The translations under genes were made by a program, and so were the position numbers. DNA of 64,000 nt. It comes from Bacteroidales bacterium. GTDB taxonomy: Bacteria; Bacteroidota; Bacteroidia; Bacteroidales; GCA-2748055. The stretch spans positions 31,545 through 95,544 of the forward strand of contig JAUUZQ010000001.1 of assembly GCA_030589895.1 (NCBI GenBank). The letters run 5' to 3'. Positions 1 to 8,758 of the stretch are shown here, piece by piece; within the stretch, counting starts at the first letter, position 1, and every line of letters starts with the position of its first letter. The notes below the pieces were generated by a model. The model made no database searches. It saw nothing but the letters and a program-made list of their open reading frames with translations, and had not been told where the DNA came from.

Positions 1-474
1 CTGAAGTGCAAAGAAAGGTATCTCATCAAGAAAAGGGACATCCATCCATGGATCCAGCTTATCATGCCTGATCTGTCCCAGAAATTTCTCTTTGGGCACA
101 ATCTGGTGAAAGATATCATCCAGTATTAGCGGAACTTCCTCCTCCACTATTTCCGCAAATAAAATTCGCGTTCTACCAGGCAATTGAACTCCTAAAATTG
201 GTTCCCTGGATGCCAAACCAATTGCCCCGGTCTCTGAGACATCAACATCCAGTTTTCGATCAGAAACATACTCTTCAACCGCCATTTTTATCCTGTCTCC
301 ACCAGCTATCTTTCCTGAAGTATTCAGACCAATCATTATCAAAGGCTTTTCAACTCTAACCCTGCTCAATAATTCAATTTTACGGATGAGTCCGGTACTG
401 TATTCCGATGGCTGCTTTATAGCAACCTCCAGAACCACATCTTTCAATCCTGTAGTATATGGTGATTTTGACAT
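1..474 (-). CDS. NuoF/HydB-like NADH-binding flavoprotein subunit, N-terminal fragment (gene runs off the window start)
   Basis: Own translation of the minus strand from ATG (CAT at 472-474): MSKSPYTTGLKDVVLEVAIKQPSEYSTGLIRKIELLSRVRVEKPLIMIGLNTSGKIAGGDRIKMAVEEYV...WMDVPFLDEIPFFALQ, open to nt 1. It starts 2 nt after the NuoE-like stop. A thioredoxin-like N-module is followed by the PFFxxQ segment that precedes the NuoF core in HydB/HndC-type subunits. Confidence 0.6.
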   Translation of the reverse strand, partial: MSKSPYTTGLKDVVLEVAIKQPSEYSTGLIRKIELLSRVRVEKPLIMIGLNTSGKIAGGDRIKMAVEEYVSDRKLDVDVSETGAIGLASREPILGVQLPGRTRILFAEIVEEEVPLILDDIFHQIVPKEKFLGQIRHDKLDPWMDVPFLDEIPFFALQ

Positions 475-475
475 A

Positions 476-937
476 TCAGCTGGATTTCAATTTTGTGATT
501 TCCAAAATATCTTTTATCATGCCAGCCTTGACTTTTGGATAATAAACACCATTGATTGCAATCACAGGCGACTGACCACAAGCTCCAATGCATGCCAGGA
601 CTTCAAGACTAAACATACCATCTCTTGTTGTTTCACCATCTCGAATCCCTAAATGCTTAAAAAGCTCTTTCAATATAGATATAGAATGGTCGAGATGACA
701 AGCTGAACCATTACACACCTGGATGTGAAATTTACCGGTTGGAGCAAAGCGAAATTGATTGTAGAATGTTGCCAATCCATATATTTTACTGGCAGGTAAA
801 CTTAGATGACTGCCTATCTTCTCGATTGCCTCCTCCGAAAGATACCCACACTCATCCTGAACAGCTTGCAACATAGGAATAAGTACATCTCTGGATACTT
901 GGTGAAACTGATTTAGAATCTCTTCTGTTTTTCCCAT
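476..937 (-). CDS. NuoE/HydC-like 24-kDa thioredoxin-like [2Fe-2S] subunit
   Basis: 153 aa. Cx4C...Cx3C pattern (VCNGSACHL ... LACIGACGQSP) and the LATFYNQFR segment are typical of the NuoE family. It is immediately followed by the NuoF-like gene. Confidence 0.88.
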   Translation of the reverse strand: MGKTEEILNQFHQVSRDVLIPMLQAVQDECGYLSEEAIEKIGSHLSLPASKIYGLATFYNQFRFAPTGKFHIQVCNGSACHLDHSISILKELFKHLGIRDGETTRDGMFSLEVLACIGACGQSPVIAINGVYYPKVKAGMIKDILEITKLKSS

Positions 938-1025
938 TATTCAATTAATAAACAATCCGGCAACCGATTTCTTGTAAGCGGTTTCCAACTACTGATTATT
1001 GCTATTAGTGTTATTTTACAAACAA

Positions 1026-1041
1026 TGTTATAAATATAACA
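1026..1041. promoter_or_regulatory. Inverted repeat TGTTATA-aa-TATAACA in the divergent promoter region
   Basis: Perfect 7-bp arms with a 2-bp spacer, read directly at 1026-1041. It lies in the 238-bp gap between the NuoE-like operon (-) and the ferredoxin/hydrogenase-like operon (+). Confidence 0.3.
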
Positions 1042-1214
1042 TATTTACCAATAAGAGAAATATTAAATTCATATATTTATCGCTATAAATACTGATTCTA
1101 AAGTATTTACACGCGTTTAAAAATCGTTTACTTCAGCTTCATTCTGCCCTTCAATATCAAATAATATAATCTATTGTGAATTTATTAACTTTGAATCATT
1201 ATCCTGATCTGGCT

Positions 1215-1490
1215 ATGCAAAACAGAATTATAATAGAAATCTGTCTGGGGAGTTCCTGTTTCAGCAGAGGAAATGGAAAAACACTGGAATCTATTCAAAA
1301 TTATTTGAGACAGTATCATTTGGAGAATCAGGTGGTACTGAAAGGGAACCACTGTTTTAGCGACTGCAGCAAAGGTCCTGTTGTAAAGATCGGAGATAAA
1401 TTACATGAAGAGGTGAATTCCGAAAATATTCTGAATATACTTGACGACATATTCAATCAAAACAAGAATGATTCCTTTATTAAAGATTGA
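1215..1490 (+). CDS. Small thioredoxin-like [2Fe-2S] ferredoxin
   Basis: The track ORF 1176-1490 starts at GTG. The first ATG is at 1215 (MQNRIIIEICLGSSCFSRG...). Cx4C (CLGSSC) plus Cx3C (CFSDC) matches NuoE-type [2Fe-2S] ligands. It overlaps the next gene. Confidence 0.6.
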   Translation: MQNRIIIEICLGSSCFSRGNGKTLESIQNYLRQYHLENQVVLKGNHCFSDCSKGPVVKIGDKLHEEVNSENILNILDDIFNQNKNDSFIKD

Positions 1491-3312
1491 TCAGGAAAAA
1501 TGCACTGCATGTTATGCATGCGTGAGGGCTTGTCCGGTGAATGCCATCAGGGTTCAGCCTGAACAGCCAAAACCAAGTATCATGCCTGAAAGGTGCATTG
1601 GTTGCGGCAATTGTCATGCTGCATGTAGTGATAATGCCATTGAAATTCGGGATTCTAAATCGGAACTAAAAAAACTATTAAAGAGCAATCAGCAAATTGC
1701 TGCAATAGTTGACCCTTCTATTGCAGGGGAGTTTCCTGATATTACAGATTATAGAAAATTTGTAAGTATGCTCCGGAAACTTGGCTTTGGTATCATTCAG
1801 GAGGTTGCTTTTGGAGTTGAATTGGTGGCTAATCAATACAAAGATCTTATTCAAAATAGCAAGGGCAAATACTATATTTTTTCCAATTGTCCGGTATCAG
1901 TAATGTACATTGAGAAATACAAGCCCGGTCTGATAAAAAACCTTGCTCCCATCATGCCTCCAAGCATATCTACTGCCAGAGTTGTAAGAAAAAAACATGG
2001 CAAAGATGTCAAGCTGGCATATATTTCGCCTCTCATTGCAAGCAAAGAGGAGGCTGTTCGTCTTGAATCTGAAGAGAAAATTGATGTAGTCCTTACTTTT
2101 TTAGAACTTAGAGAGTTGTTCAAAGAGTATAAACTGGACGAAAAAAACCTTGAATACAGCGAATTTGATGATCCTTTGGGATATCGGGGATCTCTGTTCC
2201 CACTTTCAAATGGAATACTTGAAGCGGCTGATATTGATGAACGGGTAATGAGTTCTAAAGTGATAACAGTGGAAAGTGACCCAATATTTGAAGCTATCGA
2301 AGAGTTTGAGGAGAACATTACACATATTAAATCCCACTTCAATATTTTTTATAAAGAATTTATAATGGGAAGAGGCACCTCTCCGGGAGGTAAGAAGTTC
2401 TTGAGGAGAAGTCAACTGATAAAATATGTAAGCAAAAGAAAATCATCTTTCAATGCAACAAAGCATGAAGAAGCAATTCAGGAATACTCGGATATTAATC
2501 TGAAAAGAACATTCCTGAACGATGATCAACGACTTCCTGCACCGCCCGAGGAGCTAGTGCAAAAAATTCTTGATGAACTGGATCAGAGTGAAGGTCGTGA
2601 AAGGGGATGCGGGGCATGTGGCTATCCTTCATGCTATGACTTTTCTGTTGCCATCGCCCAGGACCTTGCTGTCCCCGAGATGTGCACCTCATATGCTGCA
2701 CGAAGCAAGAAAGACCATATACAGTCGTTGAAAATAAGCAATGAAAAACTTGCGCAAACTCAGGAAGCCCTGAAAGAATCGGAACAAATTGCACAAGGTG
2801 AAAAACAGGCTGCAAGGGAGGCCTCTGAGATTACAAGGACAATGTTGCAAAAGCTTCCTTCTGGCGTTGTTATACTTGATAGCACACTTAAGATTCTGCA
2901 AGCCAATCAGAGTTTTATTGAACTCCTGGGTGAAGATGCTGTAGAAATCAACGAAGTGATTCCCGGACTTACAGGAGCTGACTTGAAAAAGCTCCTTCCC
3001 TATAATTTCTACAACCTATTCTCCTATGTACTTGCAAACAATGAGAATATCACTAACCGTGATGTAAATTATAATGAAAGACAATTTAGCTTGTCAGTAT
3101 TTGTAATCCGAAAAAATAAAATCGTTGGCGCGGTAATCAGAGACCTCTCCTCTCCAGAGGTTCAAAAGGAGGAGATAGTAAAACGACTGACAGACGTTGT
3201 TGACAAGAATCTAAGCCTGGTACAACAGATTGGCTTTGTACTTGGAGAAGGCGCTTCAGAGACAGAGAGAATGCTGAATGCCATAATTGAATCATACAAA
3301 CCCAAGCATTAA
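1441..3312 (+). CDS. Sensory [FeFe]-hydrogenase-like protein: 2x[4Fe-4S] ferredoxin + degenerate H-domain + Cx2Cx4Cx16C + coiled coil + PAS
   Basis: CTACYACVRACP and CIGCGNCHAAC are ferredoxin motifs. IAAIVDPSIAGEFP...LRKLGFGIIQEVAFG...YYIFSNCPVSVMYIEKYKPG resembles the Fe-hydrogenase large-subunit C-domain. GCGACGYPSC-x16-C lies at aa 390-415. The PAS-like region is at about aa 465-570 (LPSGVVILDSTLKILQANQSFIELLG). The true start may be M10 (nt 1468). Confidence 0.75.
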   Translation: MTTYSIKTRMIPLLKIDQEKCTACYACVRACPVNAIRVQPEQPKPSIMPERCIGCGNCHAACSDNAIEIRDSKSELKKLLKSNQQIAAIVDPSIAGEFPDITDYRKFVSMLRKLGFGIIQEVAFGVELVANQYKDLIQNSKGKYYIFSNCPVSVMYIEKYKPGLIKNLAPIMPPSISTARVVRKKHGKDVKLAYISPLIASKEEAVRLESEEKIDVVLTFLELRELFKEYKLDEKNLEYSEFDDPLGYRGSLFPLSNGILEAADIDERVMSSKVITVESDPIFEAIEEFEENITHIKSHFNIFYKEFIMGRGTSPGGKKFLRRSQLIKYVSKRKSSFNATKHEEAIQEYSDINLKRTFLNDDQRLPAPPEELVQKILDELDQSEGRERGCGACGYPSCYDFSVAIAQDLAVPEMCTSYAARSKKDHIQSLKISNEKLAQTQEALKESEQIAQGEKQAAREASEITRTMLQKLPSGVVILDSTLKILQANQSFIELLGEDAVEINEVIPGLTGADLKKLLPYNFYNLFSYVLANNENITNRDVNYNERQFSLSVFVIRKNKIVGAVIRDLSSPEVQKEEIVKRLTDVVDKNLSLVQQIGFVLGEGASETERMLNAIIESYKPKH

Positions 3313-4510
3313 GATTCCATGCCTGATGAATGAAACTTTCTATATAGAGGTAGTTTGTGAGCAGAGAAATTACGGAAATGAAAGAATCTGTGGTGATGTA
3401 TTTTTAAGCAGAAAAATTATCGAGGAGAATCGAACAATTGCTGTCCTTTCAGATGGCATGGGACACGGAGTAAAAGCAAATATTCTTGCAACTCTTACCT
3501 CAACCATGGCTATCAATTTCACGATTGAACATAAAGATCCTGAAAAGATTGCAGACATCATCATGAATACTCTCCCCGTCTGCAGTGAACGCCACATGAG
3601 CTACTCTACTTTCTCTGTAGTTGATATTGAAGCCGATGGAATGACCACGATTCTTGAATATGATAACCCAAAAGCTATCATCATCAGAAATAATAAACTG
3701 TTCGACCCCGATTGGCAATATACAATCCTTCACACTGCCAAAAATGAGGGAAAAGAGATTCGCACCTGCAGATTTAAACCAAAAAAGGAAGACCGTATCA
3801 TATTCTGTACCGATGGAATTACACAATCCGGATTGGGAACAGAAAAATATCCCCTGGGCTTTGGGCTGGATAATCTTGAAGAATATACAGAAAATTTTCT
3901 AAAAAATGCCCCACATATCTCTGCTGCCAAATTAGCTGAAAAAATAGTTAATGTTGCCTATAGAAATGACGATTACTTCTCCAAGGATGATACAACCTGT
4001 GCCTCTATTTACTTCAGAGAACCAAGAAAACTACTGATTTCAACCGGACCACCTTATGAAAAGGAGAATGATACACAACTAGGTAAGGCAGTGAAAGAGT
4101 TTAAGGGGAAAAAAATTGTTTGTGGCGCCACAACAGCTGACATCATAGCCCGGGAGTTAGGTGCTACAATCGAAGACAGCATTGACTTTATTGATCCTGA
4201 ATTGCCTCCAATTTCAACTATGACAGGAATTGACCTTGTAACAGAAGGAATACTCACCATTACTAAAGTGACCAGAATATTGAAAGATTACTCTCCCTCC
4301 TACTCCCTTGGAAACGGTCCTGCCGATAGAATTGTGAAGATGGTAAAAGAAAGTGATGAGATTCAAATTATCATTGGAACACGTATCAACATTGCGCACC
4401 AGGACCCAAACCTTCCGGTTGAATTAGAAATCCGAAGAACGGTAGTAAAAAGAATGGCCAGACTCCTTGAAGAAAAATTTCTCAAAGAAGTTTCAATCTT
4501 ATATATTTAA
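3287..4510 (+). CDS. PP2C/SpoIIE-family serine phosphatase with uncharacterised C-terminal domain
   Basis: ICGDVFLSRK...IAVLSDGMGHGVKANILATLT...IIFCTDGITQSG are SpoIIE/PP2C metal-binding motifs. It overlaps the upstream gene by 26 nt. An alternative start is M14 (nt 3326). Confidence 0.8.
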   Translation: MNHTNPSIKIPCLMNETFYIEVVCEQRNYGNERICGDVFLSRKIIEENRTIAVLSDGMGHGVKANILATLTSTMAINFTIEHKDPEKIADIIMNTLPVCSERHMSYSTFSVVDIEADGMTTILEYDNPKAIIIRNNKLFDPDWQYTILHTAKNEGKEIRTCRFKPKKEDRIIFCTDGITQSGLGTEKYPLGFGLDNLEEYTENFLKNAPHISAAKLAEKIVNVAYRNDDYFSKDDTTCASIYFREPRKLLISTGPPYEKENDTQLGKAVKEFKGKKIVCGATTADIIARELGATIEDSIDFIDPELPPISTMTGIDLVTEGILTITKVTRILKDYSPSYSLGNGPADRIVKMVKESDEIQIIIGTRINIAHQDPNLPVELEIRRTVVKRMARLLEEKFLKEVSILYI

Positions 4511-4679
4511 AAGATAAACTGTCTGATTTGATAATATTGATCTCTTTTATGCAGACCTTATTCAGAACAAATTCTTATCTTAAACGTATTAATCTTTGGC
4601 ATACTTATTGTCATATATGAAAAACCTTTTTTCAAAAAAGGATACTGCCATTTTGGCTACATAATATAATGAGTGAAGA

Positions 4680-7127
4680 ATGAATAGTGAATTTGAAAAG
4701 AGTTTAGGCGAGTTGTTGTTGCCTGTTGATGATGATACAGATTATATTCCTTTGTTATCAGAAGAAGAGGAAGATGATTTAAGTAAAATGAATGTCCCTG
4801 ATGTTCTTCCTCTGCTCCCTCTGCGCAATACAGTACTGTTTCCCGGAGTAGTTATTCCCATCACTGTTGGCAGGAACAGATCGCTGAAACTGGTACAGGA
4901 TGTATATAAGAAAAATAAAATTCTTGGAGCTATATCACAACTTGACGCAACAGTTGAAGACCCACAAATAGATGATCTCTACAAGGTAGGCACAGTTGCT
5001 CAGATCCTGAAAATTCTTGAAATGCCTGATGGATCAACATCTGTAATTATTCAGGGAAGAAAGAGGTTTCAGTTGGAGGATATTCTTACTGATAAGCCTT
5101 ATCATGTAGCTAAAATAAAAACGCTGGAGGACAAAAAGGAAGATCCAAAGGAAGAAGCAAAAGCGGTAGCTGCAGCACTGAAAGACCTGGCAATCAAAAT
5201 TATAAAGCTTTCATCAAATATTCCTACAGAAGCAACATTTGCAGTTAGAAATATCGAAAGCCCCTCTTTTCTGATAAATTTCCTGGCCTCCAATAGCGAA
5301 CTTAAACTGATAGAAAAACAAAAGTTACTCGAGATGGATAGTGTCTCTGAACGTGGACTCTATCTCTTAGAGCACCTATCCAAAGAGGTTCAGATGCTGG
5401 AACTGAAAAATGATATACAGTCAAAAGTAAAAACAGACCTTGATCAGCAACAGAGAGAATTTCTATTGCATCAACAGATGAAGACCATTCAGGATGAATT
5501 GGGAGGAAACCCTTTGGATCAGGAGATATCTGAATACCGAAAAAAATCCAAAACTAAACTTTGGTCCAAAGAGATCAAAGAAGGATTTCTAAAAGAACTT
5601 GATAAGCTTCAGCGCTTAAATCCTGCTACAGGTGAGTATTCTGTCCAGGTAAACTATATACAGACTATGCTTGAACTTCCCTGGAATGAGTACACCAAGG
5701 ATAACTTTAATTTAAAACGTGCAAGTAAAATACTTGAGAAGGACCATTTTGGACTGGATAAAGTTAAAGAACGGATTCTCGAACATCTGGCTGTACTGAA
5801 ACTTAAGGGCGACATGAAATCGCCAATATTGTGCCTTGTAGGACCTCCGGGAGTTGGTAAAACATCATTGGGAAAATCAATTGGAGAGGCTCTTGGTCGA
5901 AAATATGTCCGTATGTCATTGGGAGGTCTGCATGACGAAGCAGAAATCCGTGGCCACAGAAAAACCTATATTGGTGCCATGCCTGGCAGAATAATACAAA
6001 ATCTCAAAAAGGCAAAATCTTCAAACCCTGTATTCGTTCTGGATGAAATTGATAAAGTAGGGAAAGACGCACAAGGAGATCCCTCATCCGCACTTTTAGA
6101 AGTACTTGACCCTGAGCAAAATGGAACGTTCCATGACAACTTCCTTGAATTTGATTATGATCTCTCTAAGGTGATGTTCATTGCAACCGCCAATACTACT
6201 TCCGGTATCCATCCGGCACTTATTGACAGGATGGAGATCATTTATGTATCTGGTTATCTGGTTGAAGAGAAAGTTGAGATCGGCAGAAAACACCTTATTC
6301 CCAAGCAGCTTTTTAATCATGGAATTAAAAAAGAATTAATCTTCTTTCCTAAGAAAGTACTTGAAAGAATGGTGGAGAATTATACCAGGGAATCAGGTGT
6401 AAGGCAGCTGGATAAAGTAATATCTAAAATATTGAGAGTTGTAGCAAAACAACTTGCTTTTGATGAGACTGTTGAGAAGAAGCTTACACTCGAAAGAATC
6501 CATGAGATACTTGGTCCTCCAAGATTTCTGAAAGATAAATTTCTTGATAATAATTTTGCCGGAGTAGTTACCGGGCTGGCGTGGACAGCAACAGGTGGCG
6601 AGATTTTATTTGTTGAAACTTCACTTAGTAAAGGAGAAGGAAAATTAACACTCACAGGAAACCTGGGAGAGGTAATGAAGGAGTCTGCCATTATTGCACT
6701 GGAATTTCTTAAGTCGCACTCTGCAACACTGGATATGGAAAGTAAAATATTCTCGAATTGGAATGTTCATATTCACGTCCCCGAAGGTGCCATTCCAAAA
6801 GATGGCCCTTCTGCAGGTGTTACCATGATTACTTCAATAGCTTCAGCATTTACACAACAAAAGGTAAAAAAGTATATGGCAATGACAGGCGAGATAACGC
6901 TAAGAGGAAAAGTTTTACCGGTAGGGGGAATCAAGGAGAAGATACTTGCAGCTAAACGTGCAGGAATTAAGAACCTGATAATATCAAAAGAGAATCAAAA
7001 AGATGTTGAGGAGATTAAAGATATCTATAGGGAAGGATTGTCTTTTCAGTATGTAGAAGATATTACAGAAGTTTTAAAATATGCACTGACCGATGAAAAA
7101 GTAAGAAACCCTCTGAACATTACATAA
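4680..7127 (+). CDS. lon: ATP-dependent Lon protease (endopeptidase La)
   Basis: 815 aa with a LON N-domain, Walker A GPPGVGKTS, Walker B VFVLDEIDK and the catalytic Ser in PKDGPSAGVTMITS. Confidence 0.97.
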   Translation: MNSEFEKSLGELLLPVDDDTDYIPLLSEEEEDDLSKMNVPDVLPLLPLRNTVLFPGVVIPITVGRNRSLKLVQDVYKKNKILGAISQLDATVEDPQIDDLYKVGTVAQILKILEMPDGSTSVIIQGRKRFQLEDILTDKPYHVAKIKTLEDKKEDPKEEAKAVAAALKDLAIKIIKLSSNIPTEATFAVRNIESPSFLINFLASNSELKLIEKQKLLEMDSVSERGLYLLEHLSKEVQMLELKNDIQSKVKTDLDQQQREFLLHQQMKTIQDELGGNPLDQEISEYRKKSKTKLWSKEIKEGFLKELDKLQRLNPATGEYSVQVNYIQTMLELPWNEYTKDNFNLKRASKILEKDHFGLDKVKERILEHLAVLKLKGDMKSPILCLVGPPGVGKTSLGKSIGEALGRKYVRMSLGGLHDEAEIRGHRKTYIGAMPGRIIQNLKKAKSSNPVFVLDEIDKVGKDAQGDPSSALLEVLDPEQNGTFHDNFLEFDYDLSKVMFIATANTTSGIHPALIDRMEIIYVSGYLVEEKVEIGRKHLIPKQLFNHGIKKELIFFPKKVLERMVENYTRESGVRQLDKVISKILRVVAKQLAFDETVEKKLTLERIHEILGPPRFLKDKFLDNNFAGVVTGLAWTATGGEILFVETSLSKGEGKLTLTGNLGEVMKESAIIALEFLKSHSATLDMESKIFSNWNVHIHVPEGAIPKDGPSAGVTMITSIASAFTQQKVKKYMAMTGEITLRGKVLPVGGIKEKILAAKRAGIKNLIISKENQKDVEEIKDIYREGLSFQYVEDITEVLKYALTDEKVRNPLNIT

Positions 7128-7130
7128 AAA

Positions 7131-7151
7131 AAGGGCCACAAAGTAGCCCTT
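7131..7151 (-). terminator. Hairpin AAGGGC-N9-GCCCTT, followed by T7 when read on the minus strand
   Basis: The minus-strand reading is AAGGGCTACTTTGTGGCCCTTTTTTTAT. It lies 23 nt downstream of the T9SS-remnant stop and 4 nt after the lon stop, so it may serve both genes. Confidence 0.5.
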
Positions 7152-7173
7152 ACCTCATTTCTGAATATCAGGG

Positions 7174-7344
7174 TTAGCAAATAAGTAATTTAGCTGTTTC
7201 AATTCCTTTGGAAGTTTTAATCTTCACGAAATAGACCCCACATGGTAATCCCTTTGATTCTAGTTCTGAAACTTCAAATGCCCTATTGCTTTCTGATCGG
7301 TATTTGTATACCGGCATGCCATCTAGATTGTATACTTCGATCAT
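7174..7344 (-). pseudogene. Orphan T9SS C-terminal sorting domain remnant (56 codons, no cargo, no signal peptide)
   Basis: Own translation: MIEVYNLDGMPVYKYRSESNRAFEVSELESKGLPCGVYFVKIKTSKGIETAKLLIC. It matches the sorting-domain pattern of the three intact T9SS cargo proteins in this window (e.g. GIYFVRLISDKISTCKLVVA). Stop codons lie upstream in frame. Confidence 0.55.
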
Positions 7345-7578
7345 AGGCTTAAGTTTTAATTAGAGATGTGAACAATCAGAAGTAAAAATAGAGTTCATAA
7401 CTCCGAAATAAAAGCAATTTCATACTTATTGTATAAAGCATAGCTATTTCAGTATGAACCCCACAAATACGCTTATGAAGCAAATTCTCATTGAAAGAAA
7501 AAGAGGGGATATCAGATTAAAAAAAGAGAAATTAAAGCTTATCAGGAATTTTCTCAGGGTGAGTCATAGACACCATAT

Positions 7579-8319
7579 CTAAAAATAACCCTCCAGCAAT
7601 TTGATTTTCTGTGATGACACTTTGATCTGATATGTTAAGCCATTGTACTCCATCTCACACATATTTAATCGTCTGTCAACCCTGGCCAGGTATTTCAAAT
7701 TGATGATGAAAGACCTGCTGATACGAAAGAACCTGTACTGCTCAAAAATCTTCTCAAGATTTCCTAAGTTCATGGTACTTATCTCATTTTTTCTGCTCAT
7801 CATCGTGATATGACTATAATTACCATCAGCTTTGCAGTATATAACCTCATCGGGATCAACGAAGAAGTATCCTACCCTGGTGTTTAACCTAATTCTACCC
7901 GGTTTTGAATTTGATATTATTTCAATCAATTCAGAATAATCTGTTTGACTTTTCCGCTCCTTGTACTCCTTGAACCTGTCGAGAGCATCAAATAATTCCT
8001 GCTTACTTACCGGTTTCAACAGATAATCAAAAGCTGCATTTCTAATCGCCTTAATAGCATAGTTTTCAAAAGCAGTAATAAAAATAATCCCGGGAAATAA
8101 CTTAAGATTCTTTATTTCAGAAATATAACCAAAGCCATCCTTCCCCGGCATAGAAATATCCAGGAGAACAACATCAGGTTTTTCTTTTAGGGTCAGTGTT
8201 ATTGCTTCTGCAACATTTGAGGCCGCTCCAATAACCTGAATATCATGGCGATTCCGCAATAGAATATGTAACAATTCTCTTACTTCCTCTTCATCATCTA
8301 CAATGAGTAGCTTAACCAT
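7579..8319 (-). CDS. LytTR-family two-component response regulator
   Basis: Receiver domain (LIVDDEEE..., VVLLDISMPGKDG, YLLKPV) plus a C-terminal LytTR DNA-binding domain (IYCKADGNYSHI...FFRISRSFIINLKYL). No histidine kinase is adjacent. Confidence 0.88.
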   Translation of the reverse strand: MVKLLIVDDEEEVRELLHILLRNRHDIQVIGAASNVAEAITLTLKEKPDVVLLDISMPGKDGFGYISEIKNLKLFPGIIFITAFENYAIKAIRNAAFDYLLKPVSKQELFDALDRFKEYKERKSQTDYSELIEIISNSKPGRIRLNTRVGYFFVDPDEVIYCKADGNYSHITMMSRKNEISTMNLGNLEKIFEQYRFFRISRSFIINLKYLARVDRRLNMCEMEYNGLTYQIKVSSQKIKLLEGYF

Positions 8320-8758
8320 CTGTTTTGAATAATAAATTATTAAGCCATTACAAAAAATACAATAGAACTACAATCGCATTCTATAATCGTGATGGATTCA
8401 ATTTTTCCGACCATTCATTTTTCTAATAAGTGCAAACTTATCATATTTTTCTATAAAATAGTATATTCAAGTGGTGTATTAAACAGATATTTAGAATGAT
8501 TCAAGAAGATCTGCTAATATTTTCAGCAGCAGGATTTAAAAGGCAATGTTAAAAAAAACAGCAATACTGAGTTCTGATAAGATTTTTTTTTGTATAATTC
8601 CTAAGTTAAAATAAAGAAAAAGAAATCAAATAGGTCTATTTCTAAAAAACCCTTAATTTTATCATTTCGTTTTCAACTTACATATACCAAAAGTATTGAA
8701 AAGAGAATCTTGAAATAATTGGATACAGAAAGATTAATACCAGTTTAAATAAAAAAGT

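Noticed and set aside
1872-2815. Antisense ORFs inside the hydrogenase-like gene (1872-2342, 2206-2415, 2495-2815, 2689-2901).
   Set aside because: They are embedded antisense to a gene with clear domain motifs, and their composition is Ser/Leu-rich, typical of shadow ORFs. The same reasoning applies to antisense or overlapping ORFs in lon, ftsH (e.g. 14065-14538), the adhesin (e.g. 23653-23997), the 368-aa lipoprotein (36493-36840), parE/parC (e.g. 49995-50444), obg and the beta-helix gene.
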